Positions 1-10,615 of a stretch of DNA of 64,000 bases are shown one piece after another. Origin of the DNA: Podarcis tiliguerta (Eukaryota). The stretch lies in the NCBI GenBank assembly GCA_965153285.1, contig OZ229121.1. One strand, given 5' to 3'. Numbering within the stretch: position 1 is the stretch's first letter; every line of letters begins with the position of its first letter. The position numbers were made by a program, and so were the translations under genes. Under the pieces are notes generated by a model. The model searched no databases. It was not told the origin of the DNA and saw only the letters and a program-made list of their open reading frames with translations.

Positions 1-457
1 TCTGCAACACCCCAGTCTAAGAGTCTGTTCAGCAGCGACTTACTTTCGTAGGTGGAGTCAGCCGCACCCACCCAACCAGGTGGAAAAATGCCTGCAAGGC
101 AGGGAGCAGGTATTCCAGGACTCAGCCAGTACAGGGTGGGTGTGAGTGTGCGTGTACTCTTAAGCTTGATTTTCAAGATGGCTTACAATTTGATTAAATT
201 GCAAAAGCAACTCGCACAAAAAAAGTGTCAAAACCCCAAAGAAAGCAATAGCAGAAAACAAAATAGTCATCAACAGCATTAAATTCCATGTAAAACCACT
301 AACAGAAAATATACTCATGGGATTCAAAACCCCACTAAAAGCCTTTATAGATTACAGCGGTTTTAGCCTGTGTCTAAAAACAGAAGTGGTTTTTCAGGGG
401 CCCATTATGGAGGTGCTTTCTTGCCACCAGGTGCAACAAAATGAATGGCAAATTAAT

Positions 458-470
458 ACTACTACTACTA

Positions 471-503
<33 letters not shown>

Positions 504-659
504 CTTCTTCTTCTTCTTCTTCTTCTTCTTCTTCTTCTTTATTTGTACCCTGCCCATCTGGCTGGCTTTCCCCAGCCACTCTGGGCGGCTTCCAACAAAG
601 ATTAAAAATACATTAAAACATCAGTCATTAAAAACTTCCCTAAACAGGGCTGCCTTCAG
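458..659 (-). mobile_element. L2 LINE 3' tail with (AAG)n/(TAG)n microsatellite
   Basis: reverse complement of ctgaaggcagccctgtttagggaag...cccagagtggctgggg...cagatgggc seen in other L2 copies; (TCT)n 474-538. Confidence 0.85.
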
Positions 660-1399
660 CACAAAACTACTTATTGTTTGAGTTTTATTTTTCTTCACAT
701 GCGTTCTGGTGCCCTGGGCAGAAAATGCCTATCTCATCCTGGCAACTAGCAAAACCTGTTTTAAAGAGGCAAATCACATTTTATTAACCCAAATATCAAG
801 CTTATTGAAGGTGGAAGTGATTTGAGGGAGTGGTCTCTGTCCCTTTATTGTAAATTGGCCTAGGCTAAAACCTGATTGGATAGCCAGAAAATCATCTCAC
901 TGGCAATTGGCCAGCAGTTAAAGTACACCATTGGTTTAGAGCACTATCCAGAGCAGTTGGAAGCAACACCCAGCTAGATCAATTAACCCAAAGGAATAAA
1001 GAAGACAAATAAGCCAATGCTAGGAGAGGAAGCACCAGAAACTAAAGTGGTGCTGACAGAGTTAGATGCACAACCCTCAAGCCCTCGACCCCTTACAGTC
1101 CTTTGCAAACTGATGCAACAATTATGAAATATTACTATTTCGTTTTATATACCGCCATTTATCAAAAGATCTCAGGGTGTTGTACATTAGAAACACATTA
1201 CAAAACATCCATGATAAAAACAGTAAAAAGCATATTGATGGATCGCCTAATAGTAAAATGATAATAATAACAGTCCCGTCCCCCCACTTTCACAGGCCAT
1301 AGATTATTTAATAGCCATAGGTCTTGGTAAAGAGGAATGCTTTTGCCTGGTGTCTAAAGACATGTGGTGATGGCGCTAGGCAAACCTCTCTGGGGAGAC

Positions 1400-1980
1400 T
1401 CTGAGGAGTATAGCATCTAGATCAAGGGAAGTTATAGTGCCACTGTATTCTGCTCTGGTCAGACCTCACCTGGAGTACTGTGTCCAGTTCTGGGCACCAC
1501 AGTTCAGAAGGTCACTGACAAACTGGAACATGTCCAGAGGAGGGCAACCAAAATGGTCAAAGGCCTGGAAACGATGCCTTATGAGGAACGGCTAAGGGAG
1601 CTGGGCATGTTTAGCCTGGAGAAGAGGAGGTTAAGGGGGGATATGATAGCCATGTTCAAATATATAAAAGGATGTCACATAGAGGAGGGAGAAAGGTTGT
1701 TTTCTGCTGCTCCAGAGAAGCGGACACAGAGCAATGGATCCAAACTACAAGAAAGAAGATTCCACCTAAACATTAGGAAGAACTTCCTGACAGTAAGAGC
1801 TGATCGACAGTGGAATTTTCTGCCAAGGAGTGTGGTGGAGTCTCCTTCTTTGGAGGTCTTTAAGCAGAGGCTTGACAACCATATGTCAGGAGTGCTCTGA
1901 TGGTGGTTCCTGCTTGGCAGGGGGTTGGACTCGATGGCCCTTGTGGTCTCTTCCAACTCTATGATTCTATGATTCTATGA
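1400..1980 (+). mobile_element. CR1 LINE 3' fragment (ORF2 C-terminus and 3'UTR), inserted in an old L2-like relic
   Basis: [11 protein letters not shown] and [21 protein letters not shown] motifs, (ATTCTATG)n tail; 1-nt frameshift near 1506. Confidence 0.93.
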
Positions 1981-2417
1981 GACCGTTCCACAATCGGGGA
2001 GCATAGAGAAGGGCCTCAGATGACAAGCACAGGGTCTGGATCGGTTTGTATGAGGAGAGACGGTCCTTTTTGTCAAGATGGATGACACAGTTCCATCAAG
2101 GAATGTTTGCTTAGTTTTGTATGTCCGTTTACTAGAGAGCTTTCTGGTAGCTTTCCTTTAAAGGAGATTGCAGTGTAGTTCATTTCTTTGTTGTTTACAG
2201 ATCATTAGTGTCTCCCTATGGATGGGCTGCTAGTCTTTATTCCTTATGGGAAAAGTTACTTGTTGATCTTTCTCTAAGCTGCCATACCCTCCCCGTTTTG
2301 TCGTTTTCATAAGGTCTGCACGGTATCTTGCATCAGACACTTTAGGGTTGACATTTCCTAGAATGTGCAGTGTAGAAATTCACAAATAAATATTGATGCC
2401 ATTATCTGTCTTCACAG

Positions 2418-2625
2418 CTGAAAGGCCGAAGTACACCTTTGATTTCTCGGAAGAGGAAGATGATGGTGAGGGTGACGAAGATGCTAACAATAATAATGAT
2501 CTAGATGAACTGAAAATAAAAACATCTCCCATCATCAATGACAGAGAAGATGAATTTGAGCCCTCGGATGGTCTAGAAAAGGATGAATATGACTTCTCCC
2601 CAGTCAAATCGAAACCTTCTCCAGA
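2418..2625 (+). CDS. TOP2B: TOP2B internal coding exon (acidic C-terminal domain, AERPKYTFDFSEEE...KPSPE)
   Basis: ttcacAG acceptor 2416-2417, GA|GTAAG donor 2626; peptide matches vertebrate Top2beta CTD; phase 1 to phase 2. Confidence 0.95.
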
Positions 2626-3635
2626 GTAAGTGCAGTAACTTCAGGAAAGTGTGTCTGAGAAATATGCAAGAACAAATCTACCTGTTTGAAGAAGTGGCCA
2701 GTCCTCCCTGGTGTGCTTATCTTAGCCTTATTGTCCTTTGAAATGTGAAGATACATGCCATTGAGGCACTCTTTGATAAAAATCCTTAGACCAGGCACAA
2801 GCCACCTTGGTGCTGTTCAGATGTTTTAGGCTACAACCTCCATCAACCCCACTCACCATGGCCAGTGATCACAGATTATGGGAGTTGTAGTCCACAACAT
2901 GTGGACGACCCACTTTGCCTTAAAAACTTGGATTTTCATCTGTACCTATTAATATGTGTTTTCTGTAGAATAGCCCAGTATTGCACTATTAATACCCAAC
3001 AGCCAACTACTGTGGCTTGTCAGGTGCTTGACAACTCCTGTCCCCATTTAGGCCTTAAAAAAGGTGTGCGTTGGATTTGAATCCCAAATACCACCTCTCT
3101 CATGGCTGCAATTTTCAGGCCAGCTGCCTCCCAAATGGTAGGAGAGATTAAGTGATTCACACCCCAGAACTGTGACCATTGCTCTTGAGAAAAAACAACA
3201 ACTGTAGCTATCTTGGAATTTTAGCAAGATTCAAGCCACCAGAAGGAGAGAAACCTTGCCTGCAAATTTAATATAATTCTGGCCAAAAATAAAAAAAAAA
3301 TGTTTCTTTCTTTGGTTGTAATGGTGGGGGAGCGGGGAGAGATAGAGAGATACAATTCAGGTGCGAACAGCACCCGAGCCTTCGGATCTAGCTTAGTTTT
3401 CCCATTACTGAATGGGGTGAGCAAGGGCTCAGTAATTTCAGTCCCCAAGCTGAATCAGATAGTGCTTATGAATTGGTAGAAGTGGTGAATCAGGGTCCAT
3501 GACTGGTGACCTGCACTGGGCTTACATGTTTGCAGATTGTGCAGAGCTTCTGCCCTTGTAAAAGTAACTAATGGTTAATGCAAACTAATGGTTTGCATGG
3601 TGCAAGAGATACTTAAGTTTTCATTTTTATAACAG

Positions 3636-3715
3636 GAAGATTTCCCCAGAGAAGACTAATCAAGACTTTGGCAACCTTTTCACCTTTCCTTCTTATTCCC
3701 GGAAAGCCAATATTG
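3636..3715 (+). CDS. TOP2B: TOP2B coding exon (KISPEKTNQDFGNLFTFPSYSRKANI)
   Basis: aacAG acceptor 3634-3635, G|GTAGG donor 3716; 80 nt, phase 2 to 1, fits both neighbours; QDFGNLF motif of Top2beta. Confidence 0.93.
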
Positions 3716-4205
3716 GTAGGTATTTATATAGATATGTTAATATAGTGAGTATTTCTGATATATCTACAAAGATAGCTATGTGCTTGGAATATATGAATTC
3801 CTTAGGTCTGCCTCAAATTGCATACCTCAAGGAGCGATCATTTTCCAGTCAGGCAGTCAGCCGCCAAGATTTCAAAACTTTGAATTGTACGAGCATGAAG
3901 GAAGCAAAAGATGTTGAGTATGCAATGTGCTAGTCTTGTTTCCAAAAAGCTTAGAAGCTGTCTGAAAAAGCTCTGCCACTGTGCTCATTCCAGATGCCAA
4001 CCCCCTCACAGAACCCATGTCCTGGAAAACGGTAGGTCTGCCCTGTTGTGCTCTATCCCTGAGATGTGACAAGCTGTAAAAAAGTTGCTAGATTTTAAGA
4101 AGACCAGGACAGTTTAATTTTAATGTGAGGAAGTAGAGAGTGTTCCTATATTTAGCCTAACTGTGAAAAGGGTGATGACATGACATGTTAAAACCTTTTA
4201 TTTAG

Positions 4206-4316
4206 ATACATCCAAGTTTGACAGTGATGACGAAGATTCAACACCAGTCTTCTCCTCCTCTTTTACTCAGAAACAGACAGAGAAACCTCCAAGTAAAGTG
4301 GTAGTTGCTAAAAAAG
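4206..4316 (+). CDS. TOP2B: TOP2B coding exon (DTSKFDSDDEDSTPVFSSSFTQKQTEKPPSKVVVAKK), GC donor
   Basis: tttAG acceptor 4204-4205; ends AAG|GCAAGT; only the GC donor at 4317 keeps frame with the next exon. Confidence 0.88.
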
Positions 4317-4395
4317 GCAAGTATTTGGATTTGCTGGTTAGCTTGCTCATTTAAAATATGCTCTATTGTGTTGCAGCAAAAGAAGTAGTAGCATT

Positions 4396-4428
4396 AAGGT
4401 AAAGGTAAAGGTACCCCTGCCCATACGG
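4396..4428 (-). mobile_element. Sauria SINE 3' tail fragment
   Basis: aaggtaaaggtaaaggtacccctgcccatacggg matches the end of the 14773 copy. Confidence 0.7.
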
Positions 4429-4616
4429 GTTGCCCCCTGCCTTTTAGTTCCATAATCCACCTCTAAATATATTGGGGGTTTTTTGGGGGGGGTACCTTTG
4501 GTCCACTTAACTTCGAACTGTGTACCCTGACTGGTAACGTCTGTCTACTGTCTCAAGCTGAGGGTCTTCCCCTGTTTTGCTACCCTTCAGACTGCAGGTG
4601 GCAGAGACTAAATAGA

Positions 4617-4862
4617 CAGGGGTCAGCAAACTTTTTCAGCAGGGGGCCAATCCACTGTCCCTCAGACCTTGTGGGGGGCTGGACTATATTTTGAGGGGGG
4701 GGGGGAATGAACGAATTCCTGTGCCCCACAAATAACCCAGAGATGCATTTGAAATAAAAGGACACATTCTACTCATGTAAAAACTCGCTGATTGTCCGTG
4801 GGCTGAATTTAGAAGGCGATTGGGCCAGATCCAGCCCCCGGGCATTAGTTTACCTACCCATG
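4617..4862. mobile_element. hAT/Charlie-like MITE
   Basis: CAGGGGTCAGCAAACT...AGTTTACCTACCCATG termini; TSD degenerate. Confidence 0.65.
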
Positions 4863-4992
4863 GAATAGGATTTTCTGGCTGCCAAGTCCTTTAATGTTCA
4901 TAGTATTATTAATTAAATATGTTAATATGTTTTTTAATAGGCAGCTAAGAAAATATATACCTTTCAGGCTGAAAAAAAAAATCACCAAGGTA

Positions 4993-5207
4993 CAGTGGTA
5001 CCTTGGGTTACATACGCTTCAGGTTACAGACTCCGCTAACCCAGAAATAATACCTCGGGTTAAGAACTTTGCTTCAGGGTGAGAACAGAAATCGTGCAGC
5101 AGCAGCGGGAGGCCCCATTAGCTAAAGTGGTGCTTCAGGTTAAGAACAGTTTCAGGTTAAGAACGGACCTCTGGAACAAATTAAGTACTTAACCTGAGGT
5201 ACCACTG
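4993..5207. mobile_element. Tc1/pogo (Tigger-like) MITE
   Basis: CAGTGGTACCT...AGGTACCACTG, TA TSD; near-identical copy at 56255-56493. Confidence 0.9.
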
Positions 5208-6454
5208 TATTTAAAACTACTTAGTAGAGATCTCCATGATTTCACTTCTTTGGATGTAGCAAGTTTTTCTTCTTACCTCCCTTTTGGAGAATGAGTGAAA
5301 TGCAGCATGAAAGGATAACTGTCTGCTGTCTACATTTATGGATAATGAACCTTCACCCTTTGAAAGTACAGCAGTTGCATGTGGAGAGAGTCCCATGGAC
5401 ATATATTGCCTCTGCAAAGCCCTGCTTCACTGTTACATTCTCCCACTTCAACCTAAACTAAGATTACGGGAAACCTGAAAGACTAAAGCAAAATATGGGA
5501 GTCAGATGCCCACTGCCTATTCTACGTCAACTTTGCCTGTGCTAAGGGGAAGGGGAAGAAGATCAAGGAGAAACTTGTCTACATATTTTCTTCTCGTTGT
5601 TGTTAATATTAGCACAATTCTGCCGTAGTGCCCCAATATTTTTTAAAAAAGATAAATCCATAGTATCACAGAGGGATAATGTTAATCATAACAAAATACG
5701 CAACAGAACTCCGGGCACGCAAACTAATACTTATAATGTATATTACTAAAACGATATTCTATATTACCAGAAGAGTATTGCATCCCATTTCTGAATTTCA
5801 CTAATATTTCCTATAGTAAATCAAGCATGCCTACATCTGTTTTCCAAAATTCATCTACATATGAGTTGTGTAAAAAAAAAATAATCAAATCTGGAATTTA
5901 GTTTTCAACACACAATATAACACTTCAAGAAGCACTGCAATTACTTTTCTGTATATATTAAAATCAGAAGCAGAAAATACTGATGTACAGTTAATTACTA
6001 ATAGGGGCAGAGTTACATGTTGCTCAGATTTGAAAAAACGGTTGCAGACGATATGGGACTGATACCAGGAAAGAATATCAAATAATCAGCAAGACAGATC
6101 CACAGAAAGATGGGCATTTTTATTAACTTTTGGAATATTACAGATAACATAGTCCTGTGTAATTCTTTCCCACCCACATGATTTTGCATCAAATCTTCTT
6201 TAACAAAGTCAGATTTCTAATCCTTTCCTCCTTGTTGAACAAAGCAAGTAAGTTTGTGGGTGGCTGGGACTGCAATGAACACAAAGGATATCTGAACCCA
6301 CACATGCAGAAAATCACAAGTCATTCTTGAGCCTTTAAAAGTGAAAATAAAATGTAGGGAAGAAACAGAGCATTTCTTTGTAGGGGCTCTGCGTACTTGT
6401 AGGGAGATTCTGTTGTACTCATGGTAATGTAGTATTTCTTAATATAATTAGCAG

Positions 6455-6577
6455 CAAAACTGCCGACGGATGTGCCCTCTAAACCGAAAAGACCTCCTAA
6501 GCCCAAGAAGATGGAAGTAATAAACTCTGATTCAGAACCTGAATTCGGCATCCCAAAGAAGGCTGCAACTCCCAAAG
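6455..6577 (+). CDS. TOP2B: TOP2B coding exon (AKLPTDVPSKPKRPPKPKKMEVINSDSEPEFGIPKKAATPK)
   Basis: TAGCAG tandem acceptor 6449-6454 (alternative start 6452), AAG|GTAAC donor 6578; NSDS..EFGIPKK motif. Confidence 0.93.
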
Positions 6578-6989
6578 GTAACAGTTTGGATGTTGCCTAT
6601 TTTCACTTGATGTAGCAATGTGTGAGTAGGGAATAAGAATTCTTTTTTTCTTCATCTCGGAATGAAGATCGTTTAATTGGAATGAAGCAGGGGTGGAGTG
6701 CAAATGAGCTGCTGCACTTCTTTCCCGTTTTTGCTGTTAATACGTGAAAGGGAAACTGACCTTTTAGCAAGATGTACATTATCTGGCTGTGGGTGCAGGT
6801 CACACATATCATGCCCTTGTGGAGGCTTGCCTTTCTTCTTCACACCGGCAGTGTGAAGAGAGGCTGCACGAAGCTGCTTTGAGGATGGGACGGAATATAC
6901 TCAGGATGTGGAATCAGATTCAGGGCTTATGATAGCCTAGCTGGAGAGTCACATTCACACAAACTGTTATATAGTATCACAAACCCTTA

Positions 6990-7340
6990 AAGGTAAAGGG
7001 ACCCCTGACCATTAGGTCCAGTCGTGGCCGACTCTGGGGTTGCGGCGCTCATCTCGCTTTATTGGCCGAGGGAGCCGGCGTACAGCTTCCAGGTCATGTG
7101 GCCAGCATGACTAAGCCGCTTCTGGCAAACCAGAGCAGTGCACGGAAACACTGTTTACCTTCCCGCCAGAGTGGTACCTATTTATCTACTTGCACTTTGA
7201 CGTGTTTTCGAACTCCTAGGTTGGCAGGAGCAGGGACCGAGCAATGGGAGCTCACCCTGTCGCGGGGATTCGAACCACGACCTTCCGATCAGCTAGCCCA
7301 AGAGGCTCAGTGGTTTAACCCACAGCGCCACCCGCTTCCC
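6990..7340 (-). mobile_element. Sauria SINE (Squam1)
   Basis: reverse of tRNA-like head gggtggcgctgtgggttaaacc, B box, (ACCTTT) tail; accctta flanks. Confidence 0.92.
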
Positions 7341-8290
7341 AGACCCTTAGCAGACCTTAAATCTTGTGTTCAACTGTTGTCGCCAAGAGAACAAAAATAC
7401 ACTTTAAAGAGAAAGTATTTTTTTTTAATGGAAGAGTTTGTGAACTGCAAGGCACACTGTGCTATTACTATAAACTTTATAGTGAACACAATGCTTTTCT
7501 TTCTGTGAATGCAGCTGTGGCCGTAGCCCTTGCTGAGCATGAAAGCCCATGAAGTTATGCTAAAGCAAGAGTGGGGAACCTTTGTTTCCAGATGTTGCTG
7601 GACTACAACTCCCATCAGCCCTAGCAAACATGGATAGTGGCTAGGGATGATGGGTGTTGTAGTTCAGCAACATCTGGCACCTGAAAGGTTCCCAACTCTT
7701 GTGCTAAGTGGTGAATTGTAATAATTAAATCAGTCCACAAATGGTGAATGAACATTTAACAATGGCAAGTGATTTTGTAATTGTAATCAGTCAGCAAAAA
7801 GAAAGGGAAGTTTCATGTAACTATTGGTTGTCTTAGCAATCAAAGGATTACTTCTTCCGCAGTTCTTTAGTCCCAAAAATGAGACTCCTGTGAAATGAAA
7901 TAGAATTTGAGTTCCATAATTAATGTCTTGTTTGATGATGATAGAAGATACTGAGCTGCTAAATTGGTAGCATTAGCTTTCATTTTGCACTAGTACAAAG
8001 GTTTGGGTTGTGGAAATTTGGGTCTGACGTTTCTGGACGAGGCAAAAAAATGTGCTGCATTTCTTTTGATGCTCAGGTATGGAGCATGTATTGGGAAGTA
8101 TTTTTAATACCTTTATTTTTGTAGAGGAATTTCAGTTCTAATGTGTTTTATTAATACACATAAACAAATTCCTGTAGAGAATCATAGGTCAAAAAATTCC
8201 GCTTGATTCAATCTATTCTACTAAAACTGTCAAATAACTTTGAGATAATCCAGTTTGCTATTACGAAACATATAAATAACTGTTGCATAT

Positions 8291-9053
8291 TGTCAGAGCT
8301 GGCTCCTGGTCCCAGCTCACAGAGGACCAACGCTAGCCGGTAGTAATGTAACAAAGTCTTTATTGAAGTATAGTTTCCATTTCCAAGCCTCAGCGCCCCA
8401 GCTCTACGTCTAGGGTCTAGACCGGCGAAGCTCCGTCTGAATCTCCGCCTCCTGTACACCAGTTTAAGACTCTAGCCTTACTCCACCTCTTCCGTCTCTC
8501 CTTTCTCCTCTGGGTCCTGCTACCCCCCGGGGTTCCTTCCTTCCTGGACTCTTCCGACGCAGACGTTGACCCCCCTGAGTCCTCCCTCTCTCTTCGGCGG
8601 GCTTTAGGACCTGGCTCCCTATCCGGGCTGCCAACAGTGCCGCCCTCCTGTACATTTGAACTTGGCGCGCGCGTGCAGCCTTCAACCTTCCTCTTGACCG
8701 TTTCCTCGCTCCCCGACGGAGGCGTGGTCAATCCTCCCTCATGTTCTCCCGCTGGCAGCGCGCTGCCTGATCCCGATGCCTGGGACTCCTCCCCCCTACT
8801 GCGCTCTGGTGTGGACGCTGGTCCAGATTTCCAACTGCTGTTCTCTGAGTCCCCTCTGGCCCCTTCTTCCTGGGGTGTCCCCCTAGGCACCCCCCTTGCC
8901 CTGACCATGGGAGCCCCTTTCTGTGAATCATCCGATTCACTGGAAAGACTCAGAGACCTCGGACCATTGTCATCACTGACATTTCCTTCAGACTCCTCCC
9001 CCTCGCTCTCCATTTCCTCTCTTCCCTGTGCCTCTGCTCCTGAACCCCTGACA
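8291..9053 (-). mobile_element. solo LTR (763 bp, Gypsy-like) containing a long ORF
   Basis: TGTCAG...CTGACA termini, perfect 5-bp TSD CATAT (8286-8290, 9054-9058), AATAAA on - near 8360, CpG-rich. Confidence 0.9.
8417..9013 (-). CDS. LTR-borne ORF, 198 aa, acidic/Ser/Gly-rich with C-terminal Arg-rich motif (putative pol C-terminal extension)
   Basis: ATG in good context (GAA ATG G); frame open back to LTR base 2; motif shared with 58428-58739. Confidence 0.4.
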   Translation of the reverse strand: MESEGEESEGNVSDDNGPRSLSLSSESDDSQKGAPMVRARGVPRGTPQEEGARGDSENSSWKSGPASTPERSRGEESQASGSGSALPAGEHEGGLTTPPSGSEETVKRKVEGCTRAPSSNVQEGGTVGSPDREPGPKARRREREDSGGSTSASEESRKEGTPGGSRTQRRKERRKRWSKARVLNWCTGGGDSDGASPV

Positions 9054-9082
9054 CATATATATTTTCTTTAATGTTTTAGTAG

Positions 9083-9180
9083 GAAAAGGCAGAGGAGCAA
9101 AGAAAAGGAAAACATCTGGTTCTGAAAATGAAGGTGAATATAACCCAGGGAAGAAAACACCCAAGTCTACGCCAAGCAAG
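9083..9180 (+). CDS. TOP2B: TOP2B penultimate coding exon (GKGRGAKKRKTSGSENEGEYNPGKKTPKSTPSK; NLS-like basic stretch)
   Basis: TAGTAG tandem acceptor 9077-9082, AAG|GTAAAT donor 9181; peptide matches Top2beta. Confidence 0.95.
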
Positions 9181-9750
9181 GTAAATTCAGCACCAACAAG
9201 TTATTCTGACTTGTATTATTTCTATTCCAACAACATAAACATTCTCTTCCTGGAGAATACAATAGTCAGTTTGAAGGTTAATAATAATAATTTAAAATTT
9301 CTGCCGGCAAACACCAACACATTAATACAAAACATTTAAAAACAATTACAAACCCTAACACCTAATAACCTTAAGTTTCCAGGGACAGTATCTTTCAGCC
9401 ATCAAATTCCTGAGTCAACAGGAATGTTTAAAGTTCTTCCTGAACATTATTAAAGAGAGAGATGGATGCAGGGAGGACAGTTCCACAAATGGGGAACTAT
9501 CACAGAGAACACCCTTTCATGGATCAGTGCCAACAGTGGCATCCTCAGCAGGGTCTCCCTTGCCGGTTGTAGAGCTGGAGATATGGGATGTGCTCTTAGG
9601 TGCTTGTGTCCCAAGCTGTTTATGACTTCATATGCTAGTACTAACACCTTGAATTGGGCCTGGTAGCTCACTGGCAGACACTGCAATGCTCTCAGAAGTG
9701 AAGACACATGTGTCTCATCAAGCTGCTCCATTTACCAGCCTAGCGGACAT

Positions 9751-10150
9751 ATTCTTGAAAGACCTACATTGGCTCCCAGTATGTTTCCGAGCACAATTCA
9801 AAGTGTTGGTGCTGACCTTTAAAGCCCTAAATGGCCTCGGCCCAGTATACCTGAAGCAGCATCTCCACTGCCATCGTTCAGCCCGGACACTGGGGTCCAG
9901 CTCCGAGGGCCTTCTGGCGGTTCCTTCCCTGTGAGAAGTGAGGTTACAGGGAACCAGGCAGAGGGCCTTCTTGGTAGGGGCGCCCGCACATCAGATGTCA
10001 AGGAAATAAACAACTACCTGACTTTTAGAAGACATCTGAAGGCAGCTCTGTTTAGGAAAGTTTTTAATGACTGATGTTTTAATATATTTTTAATCTTTTG
10101 TTGGGGAAACCCAGCCAGATGGGCGGGGTATGTAATAAATTATTATTATT
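9751..10150 (+). mobile_element. L2 LINE 3' fragment
   Basis: LKDLHWLPVCFRAQFKVLVLTFKALNGLGPVYL, standard 3' tail, (TAT)n end. Confidence 0.9.
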
Positions 10151-10221
10151 CTGCAGTAGCGGTCTTTGAGGTAATGTCTATGTAGAGTCCATTACAGTAG
10201 GCCAGGCAGGAGCATGGACAA

Positions 10222-10615
10222 AGACTCTGCTCCTGGAAGAGAGGGGAGTGGTTGTGGTCGGGAGCCTGAGCTCCGCCTCTAGCAGGGGGAGTTAGCCCCC
10301 TGCCTCCCACTCACCTGGCTGGTGCCCATGCCCATCGGCAGGCACCCAACCAGGTGCCTCCGAGGGGGCGTGTACAGCAGCCTAAATGCTGCGGCGCCAG
10401 CCCCTCCTCGGCCTCACTCTTCGTTGTCCCGCTGCGAGTCAGGATCGTCTTCTTAGCTGCAGGAACCAGGGAAGTATTGCGGGGCTTAGACTTGGGCGAG
10501 CGCGTATTTTGCTTTGCTTCTGGCCGGCTGTTTTATTCTCTTAGAGCTTGATTTCGTTATTGCAGTACGGACTTTATCCTTGTTTGCTGACGTTCGCGTT
10601 AGTAACTGTTAGTAA
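10222..10615. other. CpG-rich 394-bp insert of unknown family flanked by a 58-bp direct duplication
   Basis: 10164-10221 = 10616-10673 with 1 mismatch; two internal hairpins. Confidence 0.8.

Noticed and set aside
317-616. poly-Ser and poly-Glu ORFs (317-616 +, 394-579 -)
   Set aside because: Translations of the (TCT)n microsatellite on an L2 tail.
1553-1900. 115-aa ORF as an independent gene
   Set aside because: C-terminus of CR1 ORF2 in a 5'-truncated copy with an upstream frameshift.
4941-4990. possible extra TOP2B exon (ttttaatAG ... aag|GTACAG)
   Set aside because: No Top2beta similarity, donor comes from the MITE TA/TIR junction, and the flanking exons already join directly as in orthologues.
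7062-7508. recurrent MAEGAGVQLPGHVASMTKPLL ORF (also 47242, 50559)
   Set aside because: Antisense reading of Sauria SINE copies with non-ATG starts; not a gene family.
8637-9071. 144-aa + strand ORF in the LTR as a TOP2B alternative exon
   Set aside because: Mirror frame of the - strand LTR ORF, GTG start, no convincing splice pair or Top2 similarity.
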